Assembly: GCF_018977255.1 (NCBI RefSeq) | Contig: NW_024704742.1 | Coordinates: forward strand, 101,124,001-101,188,000 | DNA: 64,000 nt | Direction of reading: 5' to 3' | DNA from: Callorhinchus milii | Taxonomy: Eukaryota | Part shown: positions 25,400-38,875 of the stretch, piece after piece | How the letters are laid out: every line of letters starts with the position of its first letter | Numbering within the stretch: the first letter of the stretch is position 1 | Translations under genes and position numbers: made by a program | The notes under the pieces: generated by a model | Database searches by the model: none | What the model saw: only the letters and a program-made list of their open reading frames with translations | Told to the model about the DNA's origin: nothing

Positions 25400-27010
25400 G
25401 CATTTAACTTCCATGTTCCATGGTCTTTATTTACAAATGTTCATTCTAGTTTACCTCGGCTAATTCATTCCTCATTCCATTGTGGTTAGATTTTTCTAGC
25501 CCAGTACCTGAGTCTTTCTCCTTCTCTATCATTACCTTAAATCTTACCATGTTATGACCAGTATCCCCAAGGGCTTCTCCTATTTTTAAATCCCTTACTT
25601 GCTCTGGCTCATTGCCCATAACTGAATCGAGTGCTTCCACTCTTATTGAAAATTCTACACATTGGCACAGAAACAAATCCTGCACACAGTTCAAAAACTC
25701 CATTCCCTTCTCACTTCCAACTCTTTTTCTTTGAAAAGCTATGGAGGATAATTGAAATCCCTCACAATTATATTTTTTTTACCATTTTTGAATATCTCTG
25801 CTATTTATCTGAGTATTTCTTTTCAACTGTAGTCCACTCCTTATGGAGTAGTTAATCCTTTCTTATGTTTTATCTGTATCCAAATGTATTGTGTCTTTAC
25901 CCTTTCTTTATTTATATCTTTACTTTCCAATACCATTACGATATCTCTTGTCGACACTGCTATCCTATCCCCTTTGCTACAATATATTTCCAAATAACCT
26001 AATTTCTAATAATCACATTGCCGTTACTGCAACTATATCTATTTCCTCACTTTTAACTGTAGCCTTGAGTTCTCCCTTCTTGTTAGGTCTAATGAAACAT
26101 TGGCAATTTATTAGGCTCCTTTCACTATTCTCGTTATTTTAGCTAGTATTTTATGATTTACATTTTTAATTATTTCTGTTCTCTGAACGTTTATAATAAT
26201 AATAATAATCCTTGCATTTGATATAGCGCTTTTCACGTCCCATAAAGTGAATTGACTGTATATTTCTGGGCGAACGCGGCAGCCAATTGCGCACAGCAAT
26301 GTCCCACAAACAGTCATAGATTGAAAATGACCAATTTATTATTGTTTTGTTTTTTGGAGGGATTATTATTAGGCGTGTGGAGTAAGGAAACTTGCCCAAG
26401 GTTTCGCCCTCTGCCTGGAATTGAACTCAGGTCTCTCACTTGCAAAGCGAATGCTCTAATCACTGAGCTACAGGACTCCACAATTATTCTACTTCCAGGA
26501 TTATATTCTACTAACCTCTTCTCGCTTTTACTCTTTCCATGTTTATGTTAAAGTTATTTTTCTATTTGGCATTCCCCTGCCCCCCACCAACTTGCCACCA
26601 AGGGACTGTTTGTCCCAGTTACGTGCAGATGGAGTCTGTCCTCTTTGGTACAGTTCCCTTCTGTCCCAGAGCTGATATCAGTGTCCCATGAAATAGGACG
26701 CCTCACTCCTGCATCATTCTTTCAGACATAGCTTCAGTTCCTTCAGCTCACCTCCTTTTTCTGCTGGTTAGCACGTGGCTAAAACAGTAAACAAGAGACT
26801 ATCACACTTGAGATCCCGTCCTTTAATTCACTGCCTAATTTCTGATACTTAACAGAACCTCCCTTTCATATAGCTCTATATTGTTGGTTCCCACATAGAT
26901 CATGATCACTGGCTGTGCACCCTCCCATCTAAGTTCTATTCTAGCTGCTTCGAGAGATTTCGTAACCTAGCTCTGGGAGCCAATATACCATCCTGGTCCC
27001 TCCAACTTGC
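25400..27010 (-). mobile_element. Decayed 5' part of a CR1 LINE (ORF1 esterase-like region and APE endonuclease), split by a SINE
   Basis: ORF 25446-25703 has the endonuclease pattern FLNCVQD.FL.Q.V...R..ALD.V.GNE...GEALGD..HN. 26590-27010 reads on the minus strand as a degenerate CR1 ORF1 esterase region (PV...VGTN motif). Confidence 0.75.
26193..26481 (-). mobile_element. Young SINE with deletions in the tail
   Basis: Full head and core. The tail is collapsed to cttttcacgtcccataaagtg compared with other copies. Confidence 0.93.
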
Positions 27011-27059
27011 CTGCAAAAAATTCCCTCTTTACCTCTAAGAAATTAATCTCTAATTACAA

Positions 27060-27800
27060 TTACTCTCTTGAAAGAGTTGTTGCTTCCCAGCTTCACTCAT
27101 TTCTCTCCTCACTCCATTCACGGACTCCTTCAATCGGGTTTCCGAGCTGCTCACAGCACAGAAACTGCTCTGGTCAAGGTGACAAACGACATCCATCTGT
27201 GACCATCTGTTCGACCATGGACAACACCATCCTCCACCGCCTCTATTCTCACCTCAACCTTCAAGGTTCTGTCCTTGATATCTCTCATACCTTCTCCAGT
27301 CCTTGGTACCCTCCTCTTCAACCTCTACATGTTCCCATTGGTGGCATCATCTGCAGATATGGGGTCAACTTCCACATGTACACGGATGACACCCAACTCT
27401 AATTCTCTGCCTCCGCCCTGATTTCCAGGACAACTGATGTCCTGACAAGACTGTCTGTCATACATCGTCCTGGATGAAAGATAACTTTCTACAGCTGAAT
27501 GTCAGCATGACTGAGGCCCTCCTGATTGGTTCGCGCCAGTACCTCCTCACCTCAGGCACTGGCAGCATCAGTATCCATGAATGCCCACTGAACCTCTGGA
27601 ACCTGGGCATCTTGTTTGACCCTCGATTGCCTTCCCCCACCTCCACAACATTGCTCGACTCCACCAATGCCTCACCCCTCAGGCCGTCAAAACTCTCATA
27701 CACTCTCCAAGCTTGGATCCTAATCCTCAGGGCCTTGCGACATTCTCCCGATGTGAAAGGCGCTTTGCAAATGTCATTTTGTTGTTGTTATTGTTGTAAT
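27060..27800 (+). mobile_element. Heavily deleted L2 RT remnant
   Basis: GVNFHMYTDDTQL and NFLQLNV..TEALLIGSRQ; collinear with 4620-6057 but with many deletions; (TTG)n tail. Confidence 0.85.
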
Positions 27801-29464
27801 CCACTTATTTTCCTATTCCTCTCCCTTTCAATGCGGTTTGACTACCCACCGGACTAAATCATCCGGATATCGCTCCCACTCCCTTATGTATGGGAGTGTC
27901 TCTATCTTGTGTTCCAGCCAGACTGCCTAAAGACAGAGAGATATCTCACAAGTGTGGTCATCTGTAACACTTTCACTGTCCAGAAATTCTAAACAGAATC
28001 CCACTTTCTGAATTTATTATTTACCATATTTATTGACTACTAATATAGTTCAATATTGCAATTCTCCAAATAGGGCAATGTCTTTTGGAAAGCAGTGGAC
28101 TTCTGGATCAAAGCAGATTTGGTTGACTAAATCTAACAGTTAATCATTAATAAAGACTTTCCATGTACAAATCTACCGTTGTCAAGGTAAGTGCTGTGCA
28201 GTTACAGTACAGCAAGTTCAGTAAACTTTCAGTGAGACACAACATGACAATTCTCTTTAGCTCCTGAACTCAAATTAAAATCTTGAAACTTGGCACCAAT
28301 GAAGAAATGGCGGTACATTTCTAAATGAATTTATAAGGGCTATGTGAATGTTATTGGTAGAGTAAATTCATTTAATGGAATTAATTTACAATCAAACACC
28401 TTCACCAAATGTGAAGCGAAAGATTGCTTTTAAATAAATACACGGTTGCAGTGAAGTCTTGTACAACACAAAAGTTTGCATTACATCATAGTGCAAATCG
28501 CACAGTTTGTTGATTCATGAAAGATTATCACTAGCCCAACAAATCATTTGAAATCGTAATTTCCCTGAGATATTGTTCCTTTTACTTTTATACATTTATT
28601 GAGAAGGATCAGAGTTATAACATTGGGAAATCTCCTGGAAGACCAATGTTCCTGATCCATTGTGGTTGACCTTTCCAGAGCAGAGTTTGAAATTCAGCTT
28701 GTTTTGGGGCAGCTTATCTATTGATCATATTTAATAGTTTAACAACTGGGGAGGTGGGAGGAAATGATTGAAAAATCGTTCACCAAAGCTTTCTGTCCAA
28801 TGTGAAGCTGCTGTCATACAATGCAATTGAATACTAAGATGAGCCTTGAATTGAAAAAAGATGTTCTAAACTTCTTTCTTTCACTGGTCAGATGATATCT
28901 GGAGTAGTTTATGCTGTTTCCGGCATCTTGCCTTCAAAGAACATTGGGACAGTGGAGTTAGTCCAAAGAAGAGTAGCCAGACATGATGATTTTGTGCCTT
29001 TGGTCCTACCCCCACCCTCCCTGTTCTCCACCCTCCCTGATCCCAACCCAGCTCAGATCCCAATCCCTGACTGTTAGCGCCTTGGGACGTCCTCCCGACC
29101 TGAAAGGCGCTTTACGATTGTAATTTTGTATTGTATTGTACTAACATAGACTAAATTAAAAAAATCTGCTGCTATTCCTGCTTGTAATCCAGAAATTAAT
29201 TATTGAACACACCATTTATTTTATCATTACTGAATTCCTTATGTTAAAGATAATTATTGTTTACCAAATGATAATATTAAATATTACAGTGATTTATGCA
29301 CCGAATGCCCAATTTAGCAGTCAATTATTTGAAGTAAAAATACTTAGCCTCTTTGCTTTGTTTTCTCTTCTTAGAATCATAGAATCATATAGCACAGAAA
29401 GAGGCCATTCGGCCCATCATGTCTGCGCCGGCTCCGAAAAGAGTAATCCAATTCAATCCCACTG

Positions 29465-29556
29465 GCCTGCTCGGGTCCTGACCCAACTGTGCAGCGCCTT
29501 GGGACGTCCTCCCGATGTGAAAGACGCTCTATAAACGGAATCTTGTTGTTGTTGTT
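29465..29556 (+). mobile_element. About 90 bp young L2 3' end nested in the CR1 3' UTR
   Basis: cctgctcgggtcctgacccaactgtgcagcgccttgggacgtcctcccga...(TTG)n matches 5967-6057. Confidence 0.9.
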
Positions 29557-30029
29557 TCTCTCCATAGCCCTGCAATCTTGTTCTCCCCAAATACCCATCT
29601 ACTTCTCTCTTAAAAGTTGTTATTGAATTGGCTTCCACTATCCTTTCAGGTAATGGATTCTAGATCGAAATAACTCGCTGGATGAAAACATTTTTCCTAA
29701 CTCTGTTTCTTTCAAAAAATAACTTAAATTGGTGTCCTCGGGTTACTGAGCCGCATTCCAGTGGAAACAATTTTTCACATTTCAACCTATCAAATCCTCT
29801 CATGATCTTGAAAATCTCTATTAAATTCCCTCTTAATCTTCTCTGCTCTGGGGAGAATAATCCTAGTTTTGCTAACCTCTCCTCATAACTAAGGTCCTTC
29901 ATTCCTGGTACCATCCTGGTAAACCTCCATTGCACCCTTTCCAATGCCCTAACATTTTTCCTAAAGTGCGGTGCCCAGAACGAACGCAGTATTCCAACTG
30001 AGGCCTAACCAGCATTTTATAAATATTTA

Positions 30030-30341
30030 TGGAGTCCTGTAGCTCAGTGGTTAGAGCACTCACCTTGCAAGCGAGACACCTGGGTTCAATTCCAGGCAGG
30101 CGAAACCTTGGGCAAGTTTTCTTACTCCACACACCTCATAATAATCCCTCCNAAAAAAAGCAATAATAAATTGGTCATTTTCAATCCACGACTGTTTGTG
30201 GGACATTGCTGTGCACAATTGGCTGCCGGGTTTCTCCCACAAATTTACAGTTAATTCACTTTACAGCATATTCTGTGAAGCGCTTTGAGACGTCGAGAAG
30301 ACATGACAAGCGCTATATCAAATGCAAGTATTATTATTATT
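30030..30341 (+). mobile_element. tRNA/Deu SINE nested in CR1 RT
   Basis: Full structure with the older tail gagacgtcgagaagacatgacaagcgc. It interrupts the CR1 frame at the (M.N)LYK.LVRP motif. Confidence 0.95.
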
Positions 30342-31269
30342 CAACATAACCTCCTGACTTTTGAATTCCATGCCCCTGTTTATAAAGCCTAGTATCCCGT
30401 AAGCNTTTTTTAACAACTTTATCTACCTGTCCTGCCACTTTCAGAGATTTGTTTATGTGGACCCGCAGGTATCTCTGTTCATTTGCCCCTTTTAAGATTG
30501 TACCATGTAGCTTATATTGCCTCTCCTCATTCTTCCTACCAAAATGCAACACTTCGCATTTCTCCACATTAAACCTCATCTGCCACATTTCTGACCATTT
30601 TACCAATCTGTCTAAGTCCTCTTGGAGTCTGGTGCTATCCTCCTCACCATTAACTACATTTCCTAGTTTAGTATCCTCTGCAAATTTGGAAATTGTGCTC
30701 CCTATATCCAGGTCCAGATCATTAATATAGATCAGAAAGAGCAGTGGTCCCAATACCGACCCCTGAGGGACACTACTACACACCTCCCTCCAGTCAGAAA
30801 AGCATCTGTTTACTACCACTCTTTGATTTCTGTCTCCGAGCCAGTTCTGGATACATGTTGCCACAGTCCTTTTAATACCGTGGGCTTCTATTTTATTTAT
30901 AAGTCTCTTATGTGGCACTTTGCCTTTTGAAAATCTAGATAAACTATGTCTACCGCAGTACCTTCATCCACTCTCTCAGTCACTTCATCAAAAAATTCTA
31001 TTAGATTTGTCAGACACGATCTGCTTTTAGCAAATCTGTGTTGACTGTCCTTTATTAAACCATATTTTTCTAAGTGAGAATTTATATTGTTCTGGATTCT
31101 TAATGGAAAGTGTCATCCTAGAAGCTTTTCCCCTTTATCTCCATTCCTCTTTTTATACCTCTTTCTCTCTGTTCTTTTTATAAAGCCACATTTCTAGTCC
31201 TCTTTCCACTCTGTCTTTTGCTCGGCCAGTGCCCTGGGTAGGAGGGGAACAAGTGTAAGTGAGTGAGAA

Positions 31270-31635
31270 TCTCTGTGACCTCCTAACCCCCTACCAACCA
31301 ACCTGTCAGCTCCCTCTGCTCAGCGGGCTCCGGCTTGCTTCACATCCCCCACCTCGGCTGCCCCACCATTGGCAGGGGGACCTTCAGCCTCTCTGCCTCC
31401 ATCCTCTGGAACTCCATCACACAGTCGCTCCACCTCAGCTCCTCCCTTGTCTCTTTCAAGACCCTTCTCAAGAAAATCCTCTTCGACCATGCCTTCGGTC
31501 ACCCTGCTAACCCTCCCCTTCCTCCATCCCTCCTGATCCCAACCACGAGCTCGGGTGCAGATCTCTGACTATTCAGCACCTTGGATCATCCTCTTGACGT
31601 GAAAGGTGCTATACAAATTTATAAATAATAATAAT
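31270..31635 (+). mobile_element. L2 3' fragment
   Basis: ORF 31335-31568 (TIGRGTFS.SA..LWNSI...FKTLLK..LF) followed by an L2 tail. Confidence 0.85.
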
Positions 31636-31639
31636 TTAA

Positions 31640-31930
31640 TTTACAACAACAACTTGGATTTATATAGTGCCCTCTACACCTGACGGCGTCTCAAAGCGCT
31701 TCACAGTAATGGATCCTGGGGCCGAGCCAGGGGGAGGGGGAGGAAGGTGACCAAAGGCGTGGTCGAAAAGAAAGGTCTTCAGCCGGGACCTGAAAATAGG
31801 AAGAGAGGGGGCGAGGCGAAGGGAGTGAGGAAGGGAGTTCCAGAGCCTCAGGGCATAGTGGCTGAAGGCACGGCCGCTGAGGGTGGAGCGGAGGACTCAG
31901 GGGACAAGAAGGAGGCCAGACTCGGTGGAA
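31640..31930 (-). mobile_element. L2 3' fragment, second subfamily, tail-to-tail with the previous element
   Basis: Close match to 35655-35915; tail caacttggatttatatagtgccctc...cgtctcaaagcgcttcacagtaa. Confidence 0.85.
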
Positions 31931-33680
31931 ATTTATTGTTGTTGTTAAGAGGCAAGGGAGGGAGAGACAAGCTTGAGTGGATAGTGGGGGAAACAAGTGT
32001 GAGCGTGTGTTATACTCAGAGGTAAAAGAGAGCAAAAAGATAGGAGAGAAAGTGAAGTGTCACACACAACGAAGATGCTGGGGAGATGCAGAGGTTTGCA
32101 GAATGCCTGAATGCAAAAGAGTGTGTGCAGCTCTGATGATGTCACAAATTTTAAAAAATTGATTTGGATAACTTTGGCCTATCTAATCTCATCCCTCCAG
32201 AATACCCACCGTATCAACCTCCATCACTGCTTCAAGCTGCTTTTTAAATGAGTCCAGTTTTCTGACCTCAAGAAACCCTCCTGGCAACCTGTTCCAACCA
32301 TTAATTACCCTCTGAATGTAATGAATAGAGCTGCAGGAACAGCACTTGCCAGTTTAAATCTGAGTCTGTGCTGTTTGCTGATGTACTGTGAATAAATCAA
32401 GCCCTTTTTCATTCAATAAAAGGACCCCAACGTTTCCACTCTGTACAGTACAGTCTGGGAGTTCAACTATTTGGTATTTAATTATTTAACAACAGAATTG
32501 TGCTGCAGGTTTTACACATAGAACAGGCCCAACAAAGAATCACACAAGTAAAGCTTTTTAAATAGTATAACTATCTTTAATTTTCGAAGCAAAAATCTAA
32601 CTAACATAACATTGCAAGAAATGTCAGTGGTGTGTAAATTTGACCCATTAAAGTTCATCTGTCCAGTACATTCATGGGCTGAAATTCTAATTCCGTGACG
32701 TATAGGACCTTTTATGTAATCATAATGGGGGTAATCTCACCAGTGGCTGACATCACCCAAAGTGTTATGTGTTACAATTAATGGAAATCAAGATTTAAGT
32801 ATAATACAATTACAATGCAATACAATTAACACTTGTGTAGCACCTTTCACACATGGGGACATCCCAAAGCAGTTAACAATGTTCGCTGGAGCTAAAAAGA
32901 GAAAGTGAAGGGGTTTGAGGAGGGGAACAATGACTAAAAGTGTGGTCAAAAATGTATGTTTTGAGGCATATCTTGAAAGGCGGGAGGGAAACATTCCATC
33001 ATAGTATCTACATTTTAATAACCTCAATGTCATAGCTGTTTTTTTGCTTTGTCATCTATTGCAAATGTTTGCCACTCTACTTACCCACCCACCTACCTAC
33101 CTATATGTTTTATCTTCTGCTTAGGATGATCCAGCAAAAACATTTCTGCTCAAGTACACTCCACCACTCCACCACTACCAATCCATGAATTAGATATGAC
33201 TCGTACCCCTCCCCATAAGACCCAAACGATTTAGATGAAGTCATACCCCACCACAAGACCACATATACTTTAGAATATCAGTGGACCCACATCTGCCAAA
33301 TGTATGCAAAAATTGCTTTAACCTACTTTGAGGGTACCTAACATATAACAACATATGTCTAGATATTGTCTCTACAAGGGCATAATTGATGCAAGATTGA
33401 ATGTAAGAAATAAATTCCACATCTTACAATCTTTTGGGACATCTGTAAGGACAAGCCTAGTGATTGATCTAACAGCCATCAAGAAAAGACTGGAATGTTG
33501 ATCCAGAATCTTATTTGGTGTTTGCAAATATTACAGTTGAAATTGGGTCTGGATGATGAGAATGGAGTGTGGAATATCATATAAAGAGGAGTAGTGCTTA
33601 ATGGATGGACAGGATTTTTAAAATACATTTAAATGCTTGGAAAGAGTTTTTAGGGCATTGTAATATGTAAAATTAGTTAC

Positions 33681-33723
33681 CTCAATGTATGTTTCCGAGA
33701 TTGCAGTTGGAACAGGAGCATCT
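33681..33723 (-). CDS. Putative short exon (DAPVPTAISETYIE)
   Basis: Long pyrimidine tract ending ctccag, donor GAG|gtaact, phase 2-0. Confidence 0.3.
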
Positions 33724-35654
33724 CTGGAGTATTTTAGACAGTAGAAGTAAGGGATAGGAAACAAAGTTTGGGCACTGGTTCAAAGATGTTTGGCAGATCT
33801 ATCTGGAGCAGTTTTGAAGACTAAAGAGTTCATTCATTCATTTGTAACAATGACTTATTCTGCTGCATGCACTACTAGCTGCATTAACCAAACCCATGAC
33901 TTCACAAACCATAATTGTAGCTTATAGTCTTTAGCACATATCTTTATTGTACGAGTCATTGAAGGTTGTGTTTTACCTGTTGTAATTGGTTGCTTTCTGC
34001 TACTAATTAAACTGATTTAAATATAAAAATGTTAAATTCCAGACAACATGTGAGACAATTAGTCCTCTCATAGCTATCAGCTATAAATGAAATATGAAAA
34101 TTAAATAAAGTAATAAAACATGATAGAGTTGAAGAATCCATTCAAGTTGCATTGAGTCATTTTGAATTATTGCTTTATCACTGAAAAAAATTATAACAAA
34201 AATAAATTAAGTCAGTACAACTTCTGAAGCTTAAAATGAGGCCATTTAGAATATTGGGGTTAAGATTGCGATGTGTGAAGGTGAGAGACAACGCACTATA
34301 TACAACAAGAACAACTTGGATTTATATAGCGCCCTCCATGCCAGATGGCGTCTCAGAGCACTTGATTGTGGACATCAGCCAGAAACTATGGACCACATTG
34401 TACAGCAGTACAGCATTGTACAATTGTTTGCCAGCTGCATCTCAGACATACACCATGCCACGTCCAAACCCTCCCACTGGCTCAACAATTGGACTTGGCT
34501 ATTTGAACATTGATAATCACCACTTTTGCCATACGAAGAAGAAGATTATTACCAGGCTTCCATTATATTCAGACTTTGTCCCGAACTTGAGGGTGGGGGG
34601 GAAATGTAAGGGGTGGTGTTCGGGGTTTGTGGTGGTGGATTTTGAAATTTCTTTTCACTTTAGAAGTTGTTTTTTCACATTTTGTAGAAGGAACCAAATA
34701 CAATCAACTCCAACACAAAGACCAAATTAAAGACTGTTTCCCAAATTTCTGCACAATCTTAAAACAGTGGTTTTAAGTCCAAGAACATGGTAAATTCCAG
34801 GCCCTAATGATAGCACAGATGTACTTTCTAGCCCTGGATAGCAGACAGAAGTGACAAGCTAAAAATTATATTCTGAACTGTGAGTGAGCATCACTCACTC
34901 CGTCACCGCGTTGTAAGAAATATATTACAAGCAACAGTTAATATATCACAATTTGTAACCTTGAGCTATTTGCTAACCGGTTGCAACACTGTTGATACAT
35001 TATGTACATTAAAAATGGTGATTAACTGTTTGAGGGAGTTAGAGAGAAAAATTAAGGATTTGAGGATTATTGGATTTAATGCAGAAGACTGATTATTTGC
35101 TTACAGAGATACTGGAAATTGAATGTTTGATATGTTTATGCTGTTGAAATTAGATTACTTTAACATGCAATGTGATTAGAGAAATCAAGGGGAATTTGGT
35201 CGGAACTTGGTGACATAAAGGTAAGAAAATAATAATTGAGAATTTCTTTGGCCTATCTGAACAAAAGCAATACATTAACAGATTATCTTGAGCAAGAATG
35301 AGTTCACTTGGAAAACTAAAAACTACTTATGGACAAATTTAATTAGGCTGAATTAAAGTGGAACAAGACTGAGGATTTTAAAAAATAAATACATAGATAA
35401 GACAAGATTGCTTCTTAATGGCAGCTAATTTGTATATAGCAATAACAACAACTTGCATTAATTTAGCGCCCATCACGCGGGGCAGCCTCTCGGAGCACTT
35501 AACAGTGGTGGAACTGGACGCCGGGCTGGGGGAGAGACGATGTGACGGTAATTACGGTCAAAGAGGAAGGTCTTCAGTCATGATCTAAAAGAGGGGAGGA
35601 GGGATTGAGTTAGAGACTTCCAAAGTTAGTAGCAATGTCCCACAATCAATCATG

Positions 35655-36075
35655 AACAACAATAAGAATTTGGATTTATATAGCACCCTCCACGCCGGAC
35701 AGCGTTTCAGAGCGCTTCACAGTAACGGATACCGGGACCGAGCCAGAAAAGTCTTTCGAAAAGAAAGGTCTTCAGCAGAGACCTGAAAATGGGAAGGGAT
35801 GGAGCGAGGCGAAGGGAGTGAGGAAGGGAGTTCCAGAGCCTCGGGGCATAGTGGCTAAAGGCACGGCCACCGAGGGTGGAGCGGACGACTCGGGGGACGA
35901 GGAGGAGGCCAGACCCGGAGGATTGAAGGCAATAGGTACTGTTTTGAGGAGAGAGGAGGTCAGAGAGGTAGGGGGGTGCAGAGGAGTGGAGGGATTTGAA
36001 TACTAGGGTGAGGATCTTGAAATCGATCCTCTCTGGGATAGGCAGCCAGTACATTCCGGCAAGGACTGGGGATGT
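35655..36075 (-). mobile_element. L2 3' fragment, second subfamily
   Basis: ORF 35707-36054 (YWLPIPERIDFKIL...GGRAFSHYAPRLWNSLP...LKTFLF). Confidence 0.92.
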
Positions 36076-36355
36076 CCATGAAGTGAATTATCAATTATTA
36101 TCTAGGGTTTTGTTGGCCAACACATCAGGAGAAATTCTCTTCTCTTTTGAGTAGCGTCATGGGATCATTAATGTCCCCTAAACAGGCAGATAGGACCTGG
36201 ATTTAATGTTTCATCCAAATAACAAGAATCCAGCACACCCCCAATTCTGCACTGGAGTGTCAGCCAAGAGTATGTGAATTCAAAGTCTCAAAGATGTGAA
36301 CTTTCAACCTTCTGGCTCAGAAGTGAGAGTGGTTCGAACTGGGGCAGTGTCTAAC
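36076..36355 (-). mobile_element. Older DeuSINE, 5' part
   Basis: Reverse complement gives head ...actctcacttctgagccagaaggttg and body gacactccagtgcag...ttggatgaaacattaaatccagg. Confidence 0.7.
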
Positions 36356-36915
36356 ACAAATGACGTCGGATATTGAATGGAAGATAAGAAAAACAACTTT
36401 GTTTGATTTTGAAAGGAAGTGAGAAGAAATAAAAATGAAGTTAGCAAGTGATAGTTTGGCAAATGCGAAAGCAAAAGATAGTTAACCCAATGTACTATAG
36501 AGAACTGATTTCAGAGCAATGAAAGGAGGTCTGTGGAGTAATACTCTGAGGAAAAAATATTAAATAAATAGCAAAGTTTTATATATTAAACTACGGAGAG
36601 TCCAATTTAATATTATATTCCAGAACATGAGTGCGAAGGAAGATCAGATTCAGTCTTTTCCCCTGCTGCTCTCAAATGTCAATATACAGCCATTAGGGCA
36701 ACATTAGAACATAAGGATTAATTCGAACTGCTATTCTGCGAACACGTGAGTGAGGAATTTAATTTGAAATTTGCATGATTAATTCAGGATGTATTGATTT
36801 CAAATTTGTTATCTTTTTGTCGATATCAGACTATATCCACATCTCCCCAACATGCTACCCCCACCCCAACGCCGCAACCATGAATTGAAGGCCTCAGAGT
36901 AAAGCTGTGACCCAC

Positions 36916-37231
36916 AGTGCAATGACACAACCCTCAGGAGAGTAGTCGAATGCATTGCGTGGCTTTATGCACATCAACATAAAGTGGGAGAGAGGAAGAG
37001 GGAGGAAGGGATATTCTGCCTTTGGCACTTTCAATAGATTACAGATCACTACATTGAAACCACATGCTAAACATCCCAAGGTATTAATTTCACACCACGT
37101 CATGTAAACATTGAATGGACAGTGATTGTGCTCAAGTGTATAATAATGCACACAGTGGTAATGTGGCAGTGGCAGAGCAGAAAAACAAATGGATCTGTGT
37201 CCATTTGGCCTGACAACATGCCATCTGTTCT
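36916..37231 (-). CDS. Weak candidate exon (NRWHVVRPNG...EGCVIA)
   Basis: Strong acceptor ttttgcttgttctgctcag and a long open frame. The donor CT|gtgggt was chosen only because it gives the required phase 1-2. Confidence 0.15.
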
Positions 37232-38217
37232 CTGAGCAGAACAAGCAAAACTGAGCAGAAATTCTGAGTCAGCAGAGGAACAGTATACACCAGCTCACGA
37301 ACCATTATCACCTGGTTGGACACGTATACAAGCAGCATGGAGAGTTCATAAGGGGCAAATGTGTGGTAGCAAAATCCATTAAAGCAAGTGCATTGCAAGC
37401 AAACAACAACTTAATTAATGGAAGTAGGTTTTTCTTGCAATCCATTCTTCCTTAATTGTGTCTTAAGTATAAGTCTGAAATGCTGTACTCTGTCCAGCGC
37501 CTTGGGATGGCCTCCTGACGTGAAAGGCGCTATACAAATGTAATCTTGTTGTTGTTGTTTGCGCAAAGCAAAACAAACCATGACATGTAGTTAGCAGCGA
37601 AACAAAACAAGGATTATGTTACAATAGCAATTCTACCCTTATTTGTGTAGATACATAAGAACATAAGAACTTGTTAGGAGAAAGAAGACCAAGAACTATC
37701 CAGTTCGCCGTCCACCATCCAGGTAGTTGCATTTCATGTCGCCTACATTTTTACTAAAATTAGAGATTATTTTCAATTATTTTCAATGAGGATCAACTAA
37801 AGGGCTGAAGCAACATCTTTAATGGGTCTTGTTCAGCAAATTTACCAACCTTGGTCCAAGCACATATTGGTAATTTCACTGGTATCTTTCCCATGACAAC
37901 TTCTGACTTCCTTTCAAAATCCTCATGATTGTTCCATTTGTCAAATGTTTTCAGTGCTGATCAAAAAATGTAAAATGTTACCATTTTTCTTTAATCTTCC
38001 ATATCTACTTCACCTGTCCTAAACTGCATGCAAACAATTCATAGCTTAATTGTAAACTGGAACACAGTCCTTCATATCTAGAATCATTCTATATGGAAAC
38101 TAATGCAGTCAATGGCCGTTCTAATGCAGTGGTTTGAGTCTATGCAATCACTCTGTGTGAAAACAGGTCACATAATAACAATAACCATTGATCAGCACTC
38201 CTGGGCTGGAAGCTTAC

Positions 38218-38379
38218 TGCTGGTTAAAGAACCAGGCTGCACCAGTGCAGGCAGGAAGTCAGACACTGTTCTTAGGAGTGTTTCCAGGAATTTCTGGGAT
38301 GCCAGGTAGCCGTGCATGCTTGCCCCAGAAGCCAGAATGTGCTTCCAATATACCCCATATCCATGGTGCAAGCGCGCTG
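38218..38379 (-). CDS. Putative internal exon (ARLHHGYGVYWKHILASGASMHGYLASQKFLETLLRTVSDFLPALVQPGSLTS)
   Basis: Donor GCA|gtaagc, GC-richer than its flanks, only one open frame, phase 1-1. The acceptor (aatagcag) is weak. Confidence 0.3.
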
Positions 38380-38875
38380 CTATTCAGTTATAACTACATA
38401 CAGGGCTAAGCCTGAGTGAGCAATGCTTCCAGTAACCAAATGAACTTCAGCCTGACATGCGGGAAACAGTTCCAAAAATAAACCTCATGGGAGTGGAGTT
38501 CCTATAAGTCGGCATGATGTTTTTCCCAGATTTCTAAATAATGATATGCTGTTTGAAGTCATTATCATTTAGATCCTGTATCTGTGGTTCTGCACAAATG
38601 CTTCAGAACCTCACTATTACAAGTTGCTTTTATTCTTTTTTTTAATTTTAAACACAGTTGCTGCAACACAGCATTTCTCCAAAACAAAATGTTAGGAAAT
38701 AAGAGCCACGGTGGGGAATTTCCACATCAGTCTTGATTTACTCTATTGACATAGAATTTCAGAACATTTGGCAAATTGTTGTATTCAGTTTTAACTTTGA
38801 AGTGATTTCTGTGCTTCTAAAAAGATTAAGATTGTCTTTAACATTTTGCCAAATTCTAGATGCTCTAAAATGCTA

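Larger units (their letters stand above)
29374..31095 (-). mobile_element. CR1 LINE family B containing nested L2-tail and SINE insertions
   Basis: ORFs 30337-30918 and 29660-29944 are CR1 RT. (ATTCTATG)n-type tail at 29374-29390. Confidence 0.95.

Noticed and set aside
19043..30405. Isolated n bases (about 19043, 23682, 30152, 30405)
   Set aside because: All are next to homopolymer runs, consistent with assembly ambiguity rather than biology.
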